Positions 37,697-46,805 of a DNA stretch of 64,000 nucleotides are shown in pieces; within the stretch, counting starts at the first letter, position 1, and every line of letters begins with the position of its first letter. A program made the position numbers and the translations under genes. The notes beneath the pieces were generated by a model. It saw only the letters and a list, made by a program, of their open reading frames with translations, had not been told where the DNA came from and did no database searches. The stretch is from Alphaproteobacteria bacterium (GTDB lineage Bacteria > Pseudomonadota > Alphaproteobacteria > Rs-D84): positions 328-64,327 of the forward strand of contig WRCC01000003.1 in assembly GCA_009784235.1 (NCBI GenBank), in the 5' to 3' direction.

Positions 37697-38229
37697 CAAA
37701 ATCAAAATCGACAAGTCCGGTTTATAATGTAATTGGTGTGCCAATTGACCAAATAAATGCAAATGCGTATAACCCGAATATGGTCGCGCCGCCGGAAATG
37801 GAATTGCTATATAAATCCATTCTGGAAGACGGATACACGATGCCAATTGTATGCTATAAAATGAATGACGGACGATATGAAATCGTCGATGGATTTCACC
37901 GATATATGGTGATGAAAACACATCCAGATATTTATGAACGCGAAGATGGCTGTATGCCGGTCGTTGTTATAAACAAAGATATTTCAAACCGCATGGCATC
38001 AACGATAAGGCATAACAGAGCCCGCGGCAGCCATAGCATCGAATTAATGGTTAACATAGTTCGCGATTTAGTTGCGGCCGGAATGTCGGATGCCTGGATA
38101 CTAAAAAATATAGGAATGGATACGGATGAATTATTACGTCTGAAACAAATCAGCGGGTTGCAAGCACTGTTCGCTGACAAAGAATTCAGCACGGCATGGA
38201 CAATTGACAGCACAAGAAAATATGCATAA
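37693..38229 (+). CDS. ParB/sulfiredoxin-like nuclease-domain protein (IbrB-like)
   Basis: PIDQINANAYNPN, VDGFHRY (DGxHR) and TIRHNRARG motifs. Its start overlaps the IbrA-like stop. Confidence 0.75.
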   Translation: MTKSKSTSPVYNVIGVPIDQINANAYNPNMVAPPEMELLYKSILEDGYTMPIVCYKMNDGRYEIVDGFHRYMVMKTHPDIYEREDGCMPVVVINKDISNRMASTIRHNRARGSHSIELMVNIVRDLVAAGMSDAWILKNIGMDTDELLRLKQISGLQALFADKEFSTAWTIDSTRKYA

Positions 38230-38258
38230 AAAAATCCCGCTTTCGCGGGATTTTTTTT
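38228..38258. terminator. Bidirectional terminator (IbrB-like gene / rpsU)
   Basis: A-run, ATCCCGC-TTTC-GCGGGAT, T8. Confidence 0.75.
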
Positions 38259-38463
38259 AGAATCCAAACACCATACGCTGTTTGCTCTGACGTTTCTTTT
38301 CTTTGCGCACAGCTTCTTCTTTCAAGCGCTTGCGTGCGGCCGTCGGCTTTTCAAACCGTTGACGTTCCTTCATTTCGCGGTACAATCCTTCTTTTTGGGA
38401 TTTACGTTTCGCAACGCGCAATGCCTGTTCCACGTTATTATCGCGAACTAAAACTTTAACCAT
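38257..38463 (-). CDS. rpsU: 30S ribosomal protein S21
   Basis: MVKVLVRDNNVEQALR..KRK.QKEGL..E.K....FEKP...RK. Confidence 0.92.
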   Translation of the reverse strand: MVKVLVRDNNVEQALRVAKRKSQKEGLYREMKERQRFEKPTAARKRLKEEAVRKEKKRQSKQRMVFGF

Positions 38464-38562
38464 ATGTAATCACCCCCTTCTTGGGACTCTTTGTATTAAT
38501 CCGGCCGATTATGCCAGCGCACAACCCAAAAATCAAGCAAAAATAAAAAACATATAAATGTA

Positions 38563-38590
38563 TTGACAAGAATTCAAAAATCGTTATATT
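38563..38590 (+). promoter_or_regulatory. Candidate sigma70-type promoter
   Basis: TTGACA (38563-38568), 16-nt spacer, TATATT (38585-38590). About 45 nt upstream of the ATG at 38637. Confidence 0.4.
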
Positions 38591-38636
38591 CATCTAGCTT
38601 TGAATGTATAGACACAAATTGACAGGAAAGAAAGAA

Positions 38637-39638
38637 ATGCAGACCGATATTGACAGTCCCGACCGAGAGAGTTTTATAAACAAGGCCAAAGGCCTTTTTA
38701 ATACACCGACAACACCAATTCATACGCACTTTTATTGCAATGGCGAAGACCTTTGCAAATACGGCGATTATCGTCACCTGGCGAACCTGCACGTAAATTA
38801 TGCTGATAATGCGGTCGGCACGATTTATTACATTCACGGATACCACGGAAGCCCGATTGAAGAACCGTTAAGTCCGCTGGGCATAGCGGCCGAACTGGGA
38901 TATAATTGCGCGTTCATCGAAAGCGTCACGCATTCACTGACTGCAAAGCCCAATGGCGACAATTATAAATATGACCAATATCGACATCTGCCGGAACTGC
39001 GGCTGGCCATTGACCGTGCTTTGGCAATGGCGCGTAAAGACAAAAAACTTGGTCGCGGACGTCAGGTCGTACTTGCGCATTCTATGGGATGCCGCGGATT
39101 GACCGATTTGATTGTTTCCAACAAAAAAGTCCGCGCTATGTTTGAAAAAATCATTCTTGCCGATATGTATATGCTGACTGATCCTAGATTACTGGAAAAG
39201 ACGAGCCATATGAATGATGATGAGCTAAATGAATTCAAAGCGGTATCAAGAAATAGAAAATCCAATATTAATGGCGAAGACATACAGTTCAAAGCAACAA
39301 TTGGCGACCTGTTCTTGGATGACCCGTGCAAATTCGACGGCAAAAAAGTATACAATGGCGAATATACCCAAGAATATATAGATGCGTTGTTCGAAGTCTA
39401 TAATTTCGCGCAAATCCTGGGCGGCCATCAAGAGGTTTTTCTATTGGCCGCCGGCGCCAGCAGACAAGTCAGCATGAAAATGCATAACTTGATATACGAA
39501 ACCATTGACTATCCGTTGGTAACCCGGACGATTATCCCAGGGGCTGATCATTATTTTAAAAAAACACCAAAGTTATACAAGGAAGCTCTGCGGAATCAAC
39601 TGTTGGATTTTATAGCCCCAAGCACACTTATACGATAG
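38637..39638 (+). CDS. Alpha/beta-hydrolase-fold protein
   Basis: YYIHGYHGS (oxyanion region) and VVLAHSMGCRG (GxSxG nucleophile elbow). ATG at 38637 follows an AGGAAAG SD. Confidence 0.65.
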   Translation: MQTDIDSPDRESFINKAKGLFNTPTTPIHTHFYCNGEDLCKYGDYRHLANLHVNYADNAVGTIYYIHGYHGSPIEEPLSPLGIAAELGYNCAFIESVTHSLTAKPNGDNYKYDQYRHLPELRLAIDRALAMARKDKKLGRGRQVVLAHSMGCRGLTDLIVSNKKVRAMFEKIILADMYMLTDPRLLEKTSHMNDDELNEFKAVSRNRKSNINGEDIQFKATIGDLFLDDPCKFDGKKVYNGEYTQEYIDALFEVYNFAQILGGHQEVFLLAAGASRQVSMKMHNLIYETIDYPLVTRTIIPGADHYFKKTPKLYKEALRNQLLDFIAPSTLIR

Positions 39639-39673
39639 CTGTTGACGCCGGAGTTTTTTAGTTGTAGCATGGC

Positions 39674-39937
39674 CGGGTCGGTTAAAGTAATTATTACGCG
39701 ATTTGTGCGAAGATAAAATCGCACAGGGCGCGGCAAACCGGCGAAGATGTATAATATACATCAAGACGGTTTAACAAAGCGATGTGGGATTTTAGCCGCA
39801 TCGCAAAGCGACGGCGATAATTTGAATCAATAACTGCGAATTTTGTTTGAATGTATATTATAAATCCTGCACAAAATTCTTGTTCTTGTTTAAAATTCTC
39901 TGCCGCAAATCGCACAATAATTACTTTAACCGACCCG
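39674..39937. repeat. Inverted-repeat-bounded 264-bp element (MITE-like)
   Basis: Left end CGGGTCGGTTAAAGTAATTATT (39674-39695) is the exact reverse complement of 39916-39937. Pairing extends to ~34 bp with 3 mismatches. The interior has no credible ORF. Confidence 0.65.
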
Positions 39938-39939
39938 CT

Positions 39940-41766
39940 ATGAAAAAATTAATATCAAAATGTAAATCATTTATCAAAAACGATGATAAAGAAGCCCAGA
40001 TAAAATGGTCTTTGTACGGTCGCGTTTGGCGCGAAATCGGCAAACCGCAATGGAAATGGCTGTTGGGTGGTATCCTGGCCACAATCGTTGCCGCCGCTGC
40101 CGAAGCTTATACGATTGTACTAATCCGCCAAGTTATTGACCAAGGATTTATCGAAAAAAGCATGTCCGTGATGTATATCGTCGGATTGCAGGTTATTGCT
40201 GCATTCGGCGCGAAAAGTATTTTCGGATATGCAAAAACTCTGTTAATGGCCAAAGCTGGCCTTATGGCTGCAACCGGATTGCGCCAACGTATTTACCGGC
40301 ACATGGTGCGATTGAACATCGCAAACTTTTCTGCATCACGCACCGGCGAATTGATGAATTATTATACTGTCCAGGCGGGCGCCGTCTTGACACTGGTCAC
40401 CGAAACAATCATCAGCATGGTTCACAACAGCGCGACTATATTAATGATGGTAATATTGATGTTCTGGTTCGCGCCGCAAATGGCCGCGGTATTGTTGTTC
40501 TTGGTGCCGGCAATTATCGTGCCGCTGATTATTATCATGCGTAAAAAACGGAAATTATCACGCAAATCATTCGGCATTGCCGCAGATTCCAGCAACCATG
40601 TAAACCAAACAATCCAAGGCATCAAGACCATCCAGTCATTTGGCACCGAAACGGATGAAATCGGCAAATTCCGCGATATAGAACGCGCAAGTATCAGCAA
40701 TGCGTATAAACAAACCCAGCTGGCCGGCATACAATCGCCGCTGCTGGAAATTATGATATCCGTCGGATTGTGTTTGTCGTTGATTGTCGGCGGGCATTTT
40801 GTAACATCAGGCGCGATTTCAACTGGTGATTTTGCGGCGTTTATTCTGGCGCTGACGGCCGCGTACCAGCCGGTTAAAAAAATTACCGGTATTAACGGCG
40901 GTATACAAACCGGCCTGATTGCGTCGGAAAATCTGTTCCGGTTTTTGGATGCAAAATCACAAATCACAAATTCGCGTGGCGCAGTGCCGATTAAATCCAA
41001 AAAATTGCGCGTGGCGCTGGAAGATGTTCATTTCGCATATAATGTCGCAGATGGCGAAGTATTGCGCGGCATATCGTTGGATGTGCGACCTGGCCAAGTA
41101 TGCGCATTGGTCGGTCCATCTGGCGGCGGAAAATCGACTGTATTCAATTTGATTGAGCGGTTTTATGACCCGCAAAGCGGCCGCGTCTTGATTGATAACA
41201 AAGACCTGCGAAATTATACCCTGGAATCATTGCGCAAAAATATCGCGATTGTTTCCCAAGACGTATTCTTGTTCCACGGGTCAATTGCCGACAATATTAA
41301 ATACGGCATGCCATGCGCAACAATGGAACAAATCGTGGCCGCCGCAACGGCCGCAAACGCGGATGAATTTATCAAAGAATTACCGCACGGGTACGATACA
41401 AATGTTGGTGAACGCGGCACATTATTGTCCGGCGGCCAGAAACAACGCATTGCGATTGCACGCGCAATACTGAAAGACGCGCCGATATTATTGTTGGACG
41501 AAGCGACCAGCGCACTGGACACACAAAGCGAAAAATTAATCCAATCCGCACTTCGCGGATTGATGCGTGGCCGCACAACATTCGTAATTGCACACCGCCT
41601 GTCCACTATATTGGACGCGGATATAATTTGCGTTATCAAAGGCGGACTGATTGTCGAACGCGGCACAGACAAAGAATTGGTCAAAATGAATGGTGAATAT
41701 AAAAAATTAAAAGATATACAATTCAAAGAAGACAAGAAAAAGAGCCCGAAAAAATCATCCAAATAA
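39940..41766 (+). CDS. ABC transporter, fused permease/ATPase (MsbA/ABCB-type exporter)
   Basis: Six-TM N-terminal half. Walker A GPSGGGKST, signature LSGGQKQRIAIARA, Walker B ILLLDEATSALD. Confidence 0.9.
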   Translation: MKKLISKCKSFIKNDDKEAQIKWSLYGRVWREIGKPQWKWLLGGILATIVAAAAEAYTIVLIRQVIDQGFIEKSMSVMYIVGLQVIAAFGAKSIFGYAKTLLMAKAGLMAATGLRQRIYRHMVRLNIANFSASRTGELMNYYTVQAGAVLTLVTETIISMVHNSATILMMVILMFWFAPQMAAVLLFLVPAIIVPLIIIMRKKRKLSRKSFGIAADSSNHVNQTIQGIKTIQSFGTETDEIGKFRDIERASISNAYKQTQLAGIQSPLLEIMISVGLCLSLIVGGHFVTSGAISTGDFAAFILALTAAYQPVKKITGINGGIQTGLIASENLFRFLDAKSQITNSRGAVPIKSKKLRVALEDVHFAYNVADGEVLRGISLDVRPGQVCALVGPSGGGKSTVFNLIERFYDPQSGRVLIDNKDLRNYTLESLRKNIAIVSQDVFLFHGSIADNIKYGMPCATMEQIVAAATAANADEFIKELPHGYDTNVGERGTLLSGGQKQRIAIARAILKDAPILLLDEATSALDTQSEKLIQSALRGLMRGRTTFVIAHRLSTILDADIICVIKGGLIVERGTDKELVKMNGEYKKLKDIQFKEDKKKSPKKSSK

Positions 41767-41791
41767 AAATCCGCCATCCGGCGGATTTTTT
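41765..41791 (+). terminator. Intrinsic terminator after the ABC transporter
   Basis: ATCCGCC-ATCC-GGCGGAT followed by a T-run. Confidence 0.75.
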
Positions 41792-41865
41792 ATACTTTCA
41801 TTACAAACCGCATAAATAACCACTTTCTTTTTTATTGTTGACAAATACCATTGTTGCTATACAAT

Positions 41866-43296
41866 ATGACCGAGAGAAACAGCAAACGGGTCCCGCAGAT
41901 AATGTTCGATGAAATTAAAAATTCCCATGAATTCCAAGATATTCTGGCCGCCAGTCATGCGGACACGAGCCAACCTGGCTTTTGGGACCGGGTGGAATTT
42001 TTTGTATCTATGAACAAAAAAGAGTTGCACAATAAATATCGCAGTACCAAAGTATCAAACGGGCCGACGTGGCCGAAAAAAATTCCTGAACTGTGGATTG
42101 CATGCGCCATGCGCCCAAATTTCAACCGTGAAAAAAATATTTTCATCCGCCAGCCATTGGCAAATTCCAAAAACATTGACTATATGTCGATGGAATACGA
42201 CGAACTGTATTCAAAATACTGCGCCGCGAAAAATACTTACGGCAAAGAATGGCCGTACAAAAAGACTGAACTGTATGCGGCCATCGTCGCGATATGTCCA
42301 AATTTCGATACCAAAACAAATACATTCCGGCCACGAAAGCCCAGCGAATTAAAATTCCAACTTATTGATTATTCCCGCAAAACTGAAAAACAATTAATGA
42401 CATCTTTTTATTATTTTAGGGATAAAGGTGGCGCCGACGCCGTACGCGCCCAGACCAGCTTGATGAAAAATTTAATCGAAAGAACCGAAAATTTCGACCA
42501 AGAAAACCTATGCTGGCCGCGCAAACGGTTAAACACCAAAGATTATTCAGTAATCGACAAAGAAAAGCTTCGCCTTGCGCTGAATAATTGGAAAGCATAT
42601 AATAAAATTCTGGAATCACAAAACAAATCGCCCTTGCCAATTGACCCGGTACTTGACGGCGCGCTGCGCAAAGAATTCGGCGATGATTACAACAAGACAA
42701 GAAATAAAAATAGTACAATGCGAAAAGTTAAACGTGCCATGATTATAAAGCCACCAAAGCCAGTAAAAATTAAGAAAACCGAGAAACGGGGTCGGCCGAA
42801 AAAGCCAGAGCCACCAAAGCAACGCATTATCACATCAGCAATACTGGTAACCAGGACTGCGCGCGACGTACGTCAGGCCGAAATAACAGCGCGCAAACCA
42901 CGTATCGCAGACGAACCAACAGCACCCATCGAAATCCCAGTTGAAATAATCCGTGACGGTAAATCAACAACCATCAAAGCATCCGGAAATACTTTACTGG
43001 GCTATGCAACTGTGATTGGATATGATTTATATCTGGGCAATACGGTTCTGGGTATCAAAGTGATGAACAACGATGAACAAATAACGCATCATATATTTCA
43101 AACCAAAGATTTTTCGACCGATAATATTGCAATGCCGTATAAACGCGCAATTGATAATCCGGTGATACGCATCGCCAAAGACGGTGACAATTCGCTGCGC
43201 TTGAATCACAGCTTTTTTGGCACCATAAATTATCTGAACGCAGAACAACAGAAAAGAAATATCACCTGGAAAATAACAGAACGCGTACACGGATAA
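41866..43296 (+). CDS. Hypothetical basic protein with AT-hook-like motif
   Basis: Duplicated block (GPTWPKKIPELWIACAMRPNFNREKNIFIRQP / GKEWPYKKTELYAAIVAICPNFDTKTNTFRPRKP) and a Lys/Pro-rich stretch containing KRGRPKK (R-G-R-P core). Start is uncertain (TTG 41851, ATG 41866 or ATG 41902). Confidence 0.55.
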   Translation: MTERNSKRVPQIMFDEIKNSHEFQDILAASHADTSQPGFWDRVEFFVSMNKKELHNKYRSTKVSNGPTWPKKIPELWIACAMRPNFNREKNIFIRQPLANSKNIDYMSMEYDELYSKYCAAKNTYGKEWPYKKTELYAAIVAICPNFDTKTNTFRPRKPSELKFQLIDYSRKTEKQLMTSFYYFRDKGGADAVRAQTSLMKNLIERTENFDQENLCWPRKRLNTKDYSVIDKEKLRLALNNWKAYNKILESQNKSPLPIDPVLDGALRKEFGDDYNKTRNKNSTMRKVKRAMIIKPPKPVKIKKTEKRGRPKKPEPPKQRIITSAILVTRTARDVRQAEITARKPRIADEPTAPIEIPVEIIRDGKSTTIKASGNTLLGYATVIGYDLYLGNTVLGIKVMNNDEQITHHIFQTKDFSTDNIAMPYKRAIDNPVIRIAKDGDNSLRLNHSFFGTINYLNAEQQKRNITWKITERVHG

Positions 43297-43298
43297 TT

Positions 43299-44396
43299 TT
43301 ACGCCGCCGCCTGCATACCACGTTTTGATTCGCGAACGTGCGCGCGCAAATTATCAATTGGAACCAATGTTCCATCGTCTTTTTCTGCCGACCAATAATC
43401 CCATCCGTTAAAAGACACTGCGCCTTGGATTTTTGCCGCCATAATATGAATTGAATGCTTGCCCAATAATGTATGCTGCAATTGCGCGTCCTTTGTGACC
43501 ATCACTCGGTCGCCGCGCCGACCAACCAAAGTCTGGCCGACATACAGCAATCCGGCCGATATCAATTCCACAAATGCAACGCGTGCTTCTTCGCGTTTTG
43601 CGGCAACTTCGATTGATGATAAATCAATCGGCCGTACGTCGGCAATGCGCGTACGCGCGCCGGCAATATAAGATTCTTCGCGTTCAATTCCAATCCAGTT
43701 GCGTCCCAGCTCTTTTGCCACCGCGCCCGTCGTTCCCGAACCAAAAAACGGGTCCAGGATTATATCGCCCTGCTTGGTCGATGCCAATATTACGCGGCGC
43801 AATAAATCCATAGGTTTTTGCGTATTGTGCAAAGATTTTCCGTCCGTGCCCTTTAACCGTTCGCCGCCCAGACATATATTTATATCCCAGTCCGACCGCA
43901 TCTGTTTGCCACCGGCAAATTTCTTCATGGTGTCGTAATTGAAAGTATAAGCGCCCGTTTTGGACGGCGTCGCCCATATTAATGTTTCATGCGCGTTCGT
44001 GAACCGCGTGCCGCGAAAATTCGGCATCGGATTGGTTTTGATCCAAATGATATCGTTCAGAATCCAGAATCCCAAATCTTGCATCGCAGCGCCAACACGG
44101 AAAATATTGTGATAGCTGCCGATGACCCACATGGACCCGTTCGGTTTTAAAACGCGACGACATTCGGCCAGCCATTCGCGTGTAAAAGCATCATATTCGG
44201 CGGCCGACGCAAATTGGTCCCAATCGTCGCGCACGGCACGCGCGGCCGTTTGGTCTTCGGGCCGGTACAGTGTTTTCACACCCAACTGCAAATTGAACGG
44301 TGGGTCGGCAAAGACCGCATCAATGGACGCATCCGGCAATTCGCGCATACGCGCGATACAGTCGCCCTGTAAAATGGTGTTAATCCACTCTCTCAT
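43299..44396 (-). CDS. ccrM: Cell-cycle-regulated DNA adenine methyltransferase CcrM (GANTC-type)
   Basis: Collinear by eye with Caulobacter CcrM: GDCI..M..LP..S.D..FADPPFNLQLG, WVIGSYHNIFRVG...QDLGFWILNDI.W.K.NPMPNF.GTRF.NAHETLIWA, ILDPFFG.GTTGA.AK.LGR..IGIERE. Motif IV is DPPF rather than DPPY. Confidence 0.92.
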   Translation of the reverse strand: MREWINTILQGDCIARMRELPDASIDAVFADPPFNLQLGVKTLYRPEDQTAARAVRDDWDQFASAAEYDAFTREWLAECRRVLKPNGSMWVIGSYHNIFRVGAAMQDLGFWILNDIIWIKTNPMPNFRGTRFTNAHETLIWATPSKTGAYTFNYDTMKKFAGGKQMRSDWDINICLGGERLKGTDGKSLHNTQKPMDLLRRVILASTKQGDIILDPFFGSGTTGAVAKELGRNWIGIEREESYIAGARTRIADVRPIDLSSIEVAAKREEARVAFVELISAGLLYVGQTLVGRRGDRVMVTKDAQLQHTLLGKHSIHIMAAKIQGAVSFNGWDYWSAEKDDGTLVPIDNLRAHVRESKRGMQAAA

Positions 44397-44494
44397 CCAT
44401 GCATTTTACCATAAATCGCGCGACCAAAAAAGCACCCTGCCCCGTGCCATATGAAAATAAATCGCTTGATTTTTCCCCAAAAAGCACTTTTTCC

Positions 44495-44529
44495 AAATCA
44501 TAAATCATATATCATAAATCATAAATTTT
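44495..44529 (+). repeat. 35-bp five-heptad element, intergenic copy upstream of nrdR
   Basis: AAATCAT AAATCAT ATATCAT AAATCAT AAATTTT. Lies 39 nt upstream of the nrdR ATG, in the ccrM/nrdR divergent region. Confidence 0.8.
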
Positions 44530-44567
44530 CCTTTACAGATGCCCATTTTTTTACTAAATTCCTATGC

Positions 44568-45077
44568 ATGAGATGCCCATACTGCGCCAGTATAGATTCC
44601 CAGGTCAAAGATTCGCGTCCGAACGAAGAAGACGCGACAATCCGCCGTCGCCGCGTGTGTTCTGAATGCGGTGCAAAATTCACGACCATTGAACGCGTCC
44701 AGATTCGCGATTTGTCTGTTCGGAAAAACAACGGCTCGCTGGAATCTTTTGACCGTGAAAAGATGAAACGCTCTATCAAGGTCGCATGTCGCAAGCGTGA
44801 TATTTCCGAAGACCAGATTGAAAAACTGGTGACCAGTATCCACCGCCGACTGGAAACCGAAACGCCGGACGATATTGTGCCATCCGATACGATTGGCCAG
44901 ACAATCGCAGATTCCCTGATTTCGCTGGACCCGATTGCATTTATCCGATTTGTGTCTGTATATCGTAAATTTACAAAAATCACGGATTTCAAAAAAATTA
45001 TCGCCCAGATTCCGGAACCAGACGATACGGCCGATGTGTGCGAATTACCAAAAAAATACCGCAGTTCGCTGTTTTAA
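44568..45077 (+). CDS. nrdR: Transcriptional repressor NrdR
   Basis: MRCPYC....QVKDSRP........RRRR.C..CG.KFTT.ER (zinc ribbon) followed by an ATP-cone. Confidence 0.92.
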   Translation: MRCPYCASIDSQVKDSRPNEEDATIRRRRVCSECGAKFTTIERVQIRDLSVRKNNGSLESFDREKMKRSIKVACRKRDISEDQIEKLVTSIHRRLETETPDDIVPSDTIGQTIADSLISLDPIAFIRFVSVYRKFTKITDFKKIIAQIPEPDDTADVCELPKKYRSSLF

Positions 45078-45083
45078 TTAATC

Positions 45084-46799
45084 ATGAAAAAAATTCTTAC
45101 TTTTTGCCTTTTGGCAATTACATTTATATCACCGGTTTTCGCCGCCGATATCTTGTCTGATTCCGACGCTGAAATTTACACCAAGATTTTTGCGCTGACC
45201 CGCACGGAAAAGCATAATGATGCAAAAAATCTGGAATCCGAAATCAAAGACAATCTGTTGATGTCTGATGTTTTGCACACCCGATATATGTCGAAAACTT
45301 ATCGGACATCCGGTGCCGAGCTGGCCGCATGGCTGACCGCGCATAATACAAAACCGGGTGCAGATAATATGCATAAAATGGCACTTAAACGAAATGTAAA
45401 ATCAACCGGCGCAAAATTACCAAGAACGATTCATGGCAGCGCGCCTGAAAACGCCCAGAATGAAGCATGGACCACGAAAAAATATACTGGGGACGCCGCT
45501 GCGAATATTACGAAATTCCGAAATGCATTGCGCCGCGGCAATACGAAAAACGCACGCGAATTGCTGGAGTCCGCGGCATTCAAACGACAAATCAGCACCG
45601 AAGATTACGGTCGTCTGGCCGGACGTCTTGGATTCATATATTACACAAATGCCGAATTTGAATTGGCGCGCCGATTTGCGCAAATCGGCGCAGATGCAAA
45701 ATCAGAATACGGACATTGGACGCTTGGTCTGATGTCTTTCAAGGATGGAAATTTTCGCACCGCTGAAAAACATTTTATGGCAATCGTTGATTTGCCACAA
45801 ATTAATCAGCAACGAAAAACCGAAGTAACATTTTGGGCGGGGCGCAGCGCGCTGTTCGCAGACGATTTGTTATCCGCACGGCGACATTGGATGGTGGCAT
45901 CGGCGCATCCATCGAATTTTTATGGCGCCTTGGCGAATGCCGCGCTGGGTACCGCGCCGCGATATGAATTCTTTGCAACTGAAATGACTGATTCAGATAT
46001 ACGCGAATTATCGGCGACTGATTATGGTCGTTCGGCATTGGCACTGCTTCAAATAAATGAACCCGTTTTGGCGGAACAACATTTGCGTTTGCTGATTACA
46101 TCGTCTGCATCGGACCGATTGCTGCACGCGGTGCATGCGTTGGCAAATTCCGCCGAATTGCCGCGCACTGCGATGCAGGTTTCTGGCGTTGTTCGTGACC
46201 GCGGAATTTTGGAAATCGATTCGTCGATTATTACGGCCGCGCAATATCCAATGCCAGATTGGGAACCCATGGGCGGATGGTCGATTGACCGCGCTTTGTT
46301 GTTCGCCATAACACGCCAAGAATCTGGATTCCGGCCGAATGCCCAATCAAACAAAGGCGCCACCGGCGTCATGCAATTAATGCCGCGCACAGCGCGCAGC
46401 GTGGCCGCATCACAAAATGTAAAAATGTCAGACATCGATATGAAGAACCCAGAACATAATATGTTTTTGGGCCAACAGTATATCGTCGATATTTTAAACC
46501 TGCCCGCAGTTGATGGCAGCATAATAAAAATGCTGGTCGCATATAATGCCGGCCAAGGCGCAATGGCACGATGGGAACGACAGTTTCAAACGGACGACCC
46601 GTTGTTGTTTATAGAAAGTTTTCCAGCCAAAGAATCGCGCGATTACGTCCGCCGCGTGATGGCGAATTTATGGTTATACCGCGCACGATTGGGCCAACCG
46701 AACCCCAGTATGCGTGAATTGGCAAACGGCCAATGGCCACGTTATGAAACATCCGACAAATTCGTAATCGACCAAATTGCCGAACGAAATATTATCTGA
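45084..46799 (+). CDS. slt: Soluble lytic murein transglycosylase (Slt70-like)
   Basis: Signal peptide, a superhelical N-terminal region, and the SLT catalytic region TRQESGFRPNAQSNKGATGVMQLMPRTA...YNAG. Confidence 0.88.
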   Translation: MKKILTFCLLAITFISPVFAADILSDSDAEIYTKIFALTRTEKHNDAKNLESEIKDNLLMSDVLHTRYMSKTYRTSGAELAAWLTAHNTKPGADNMHKMALKRNVKSTGAKLPRTIHGSAPENAQNEAWTTKKYTGDAAANITKFRNALRRGNTKNARELLESAAFKRQISTEDYGRLAGRLGFIYYTNAEFELARRFAQIGADAKSEYGHWTLGLMSFKDGNFRTAEKHFMAIVDLPQINQQRKTEVTFWAGRSALFADDLLSARRHWMVASAHPSNFYGALANAALGTAPRYEFFATEMTDSDIRELSATDYGRSALALLQINEPVLAEQHLRLLITSSASDRLLHAVHALANSAELPRTAMQVSGVVRDRGILEIDSSIITAAQYPMPDWEPMGGWSIDRALLFAITRQESGFRPNAQSNKGATGVMQLMPRTARSVAASQNVKMSDIDMKNPEHNMFLGQQYIVDILNLPAVDGSIIKMLVAYNAGQGAMARWERQFQTDDPLLFIESFPAKESRDYVRRVMANLWLYRARLGQPNPSMRELANGQWPRYETSDKFVIDQIAERNII

Positions 46800-46805
46800 C
46801 ACGTT

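Noticed and set aside
40422-41777. Antisense ORFs 40422-41000 and 41214-41777 within the ABC transporter, and 44519-44992 within nrdR
   Set aside because: The opposite strand carries unambiguous Walker, signature or zinc-ribbon motifs.
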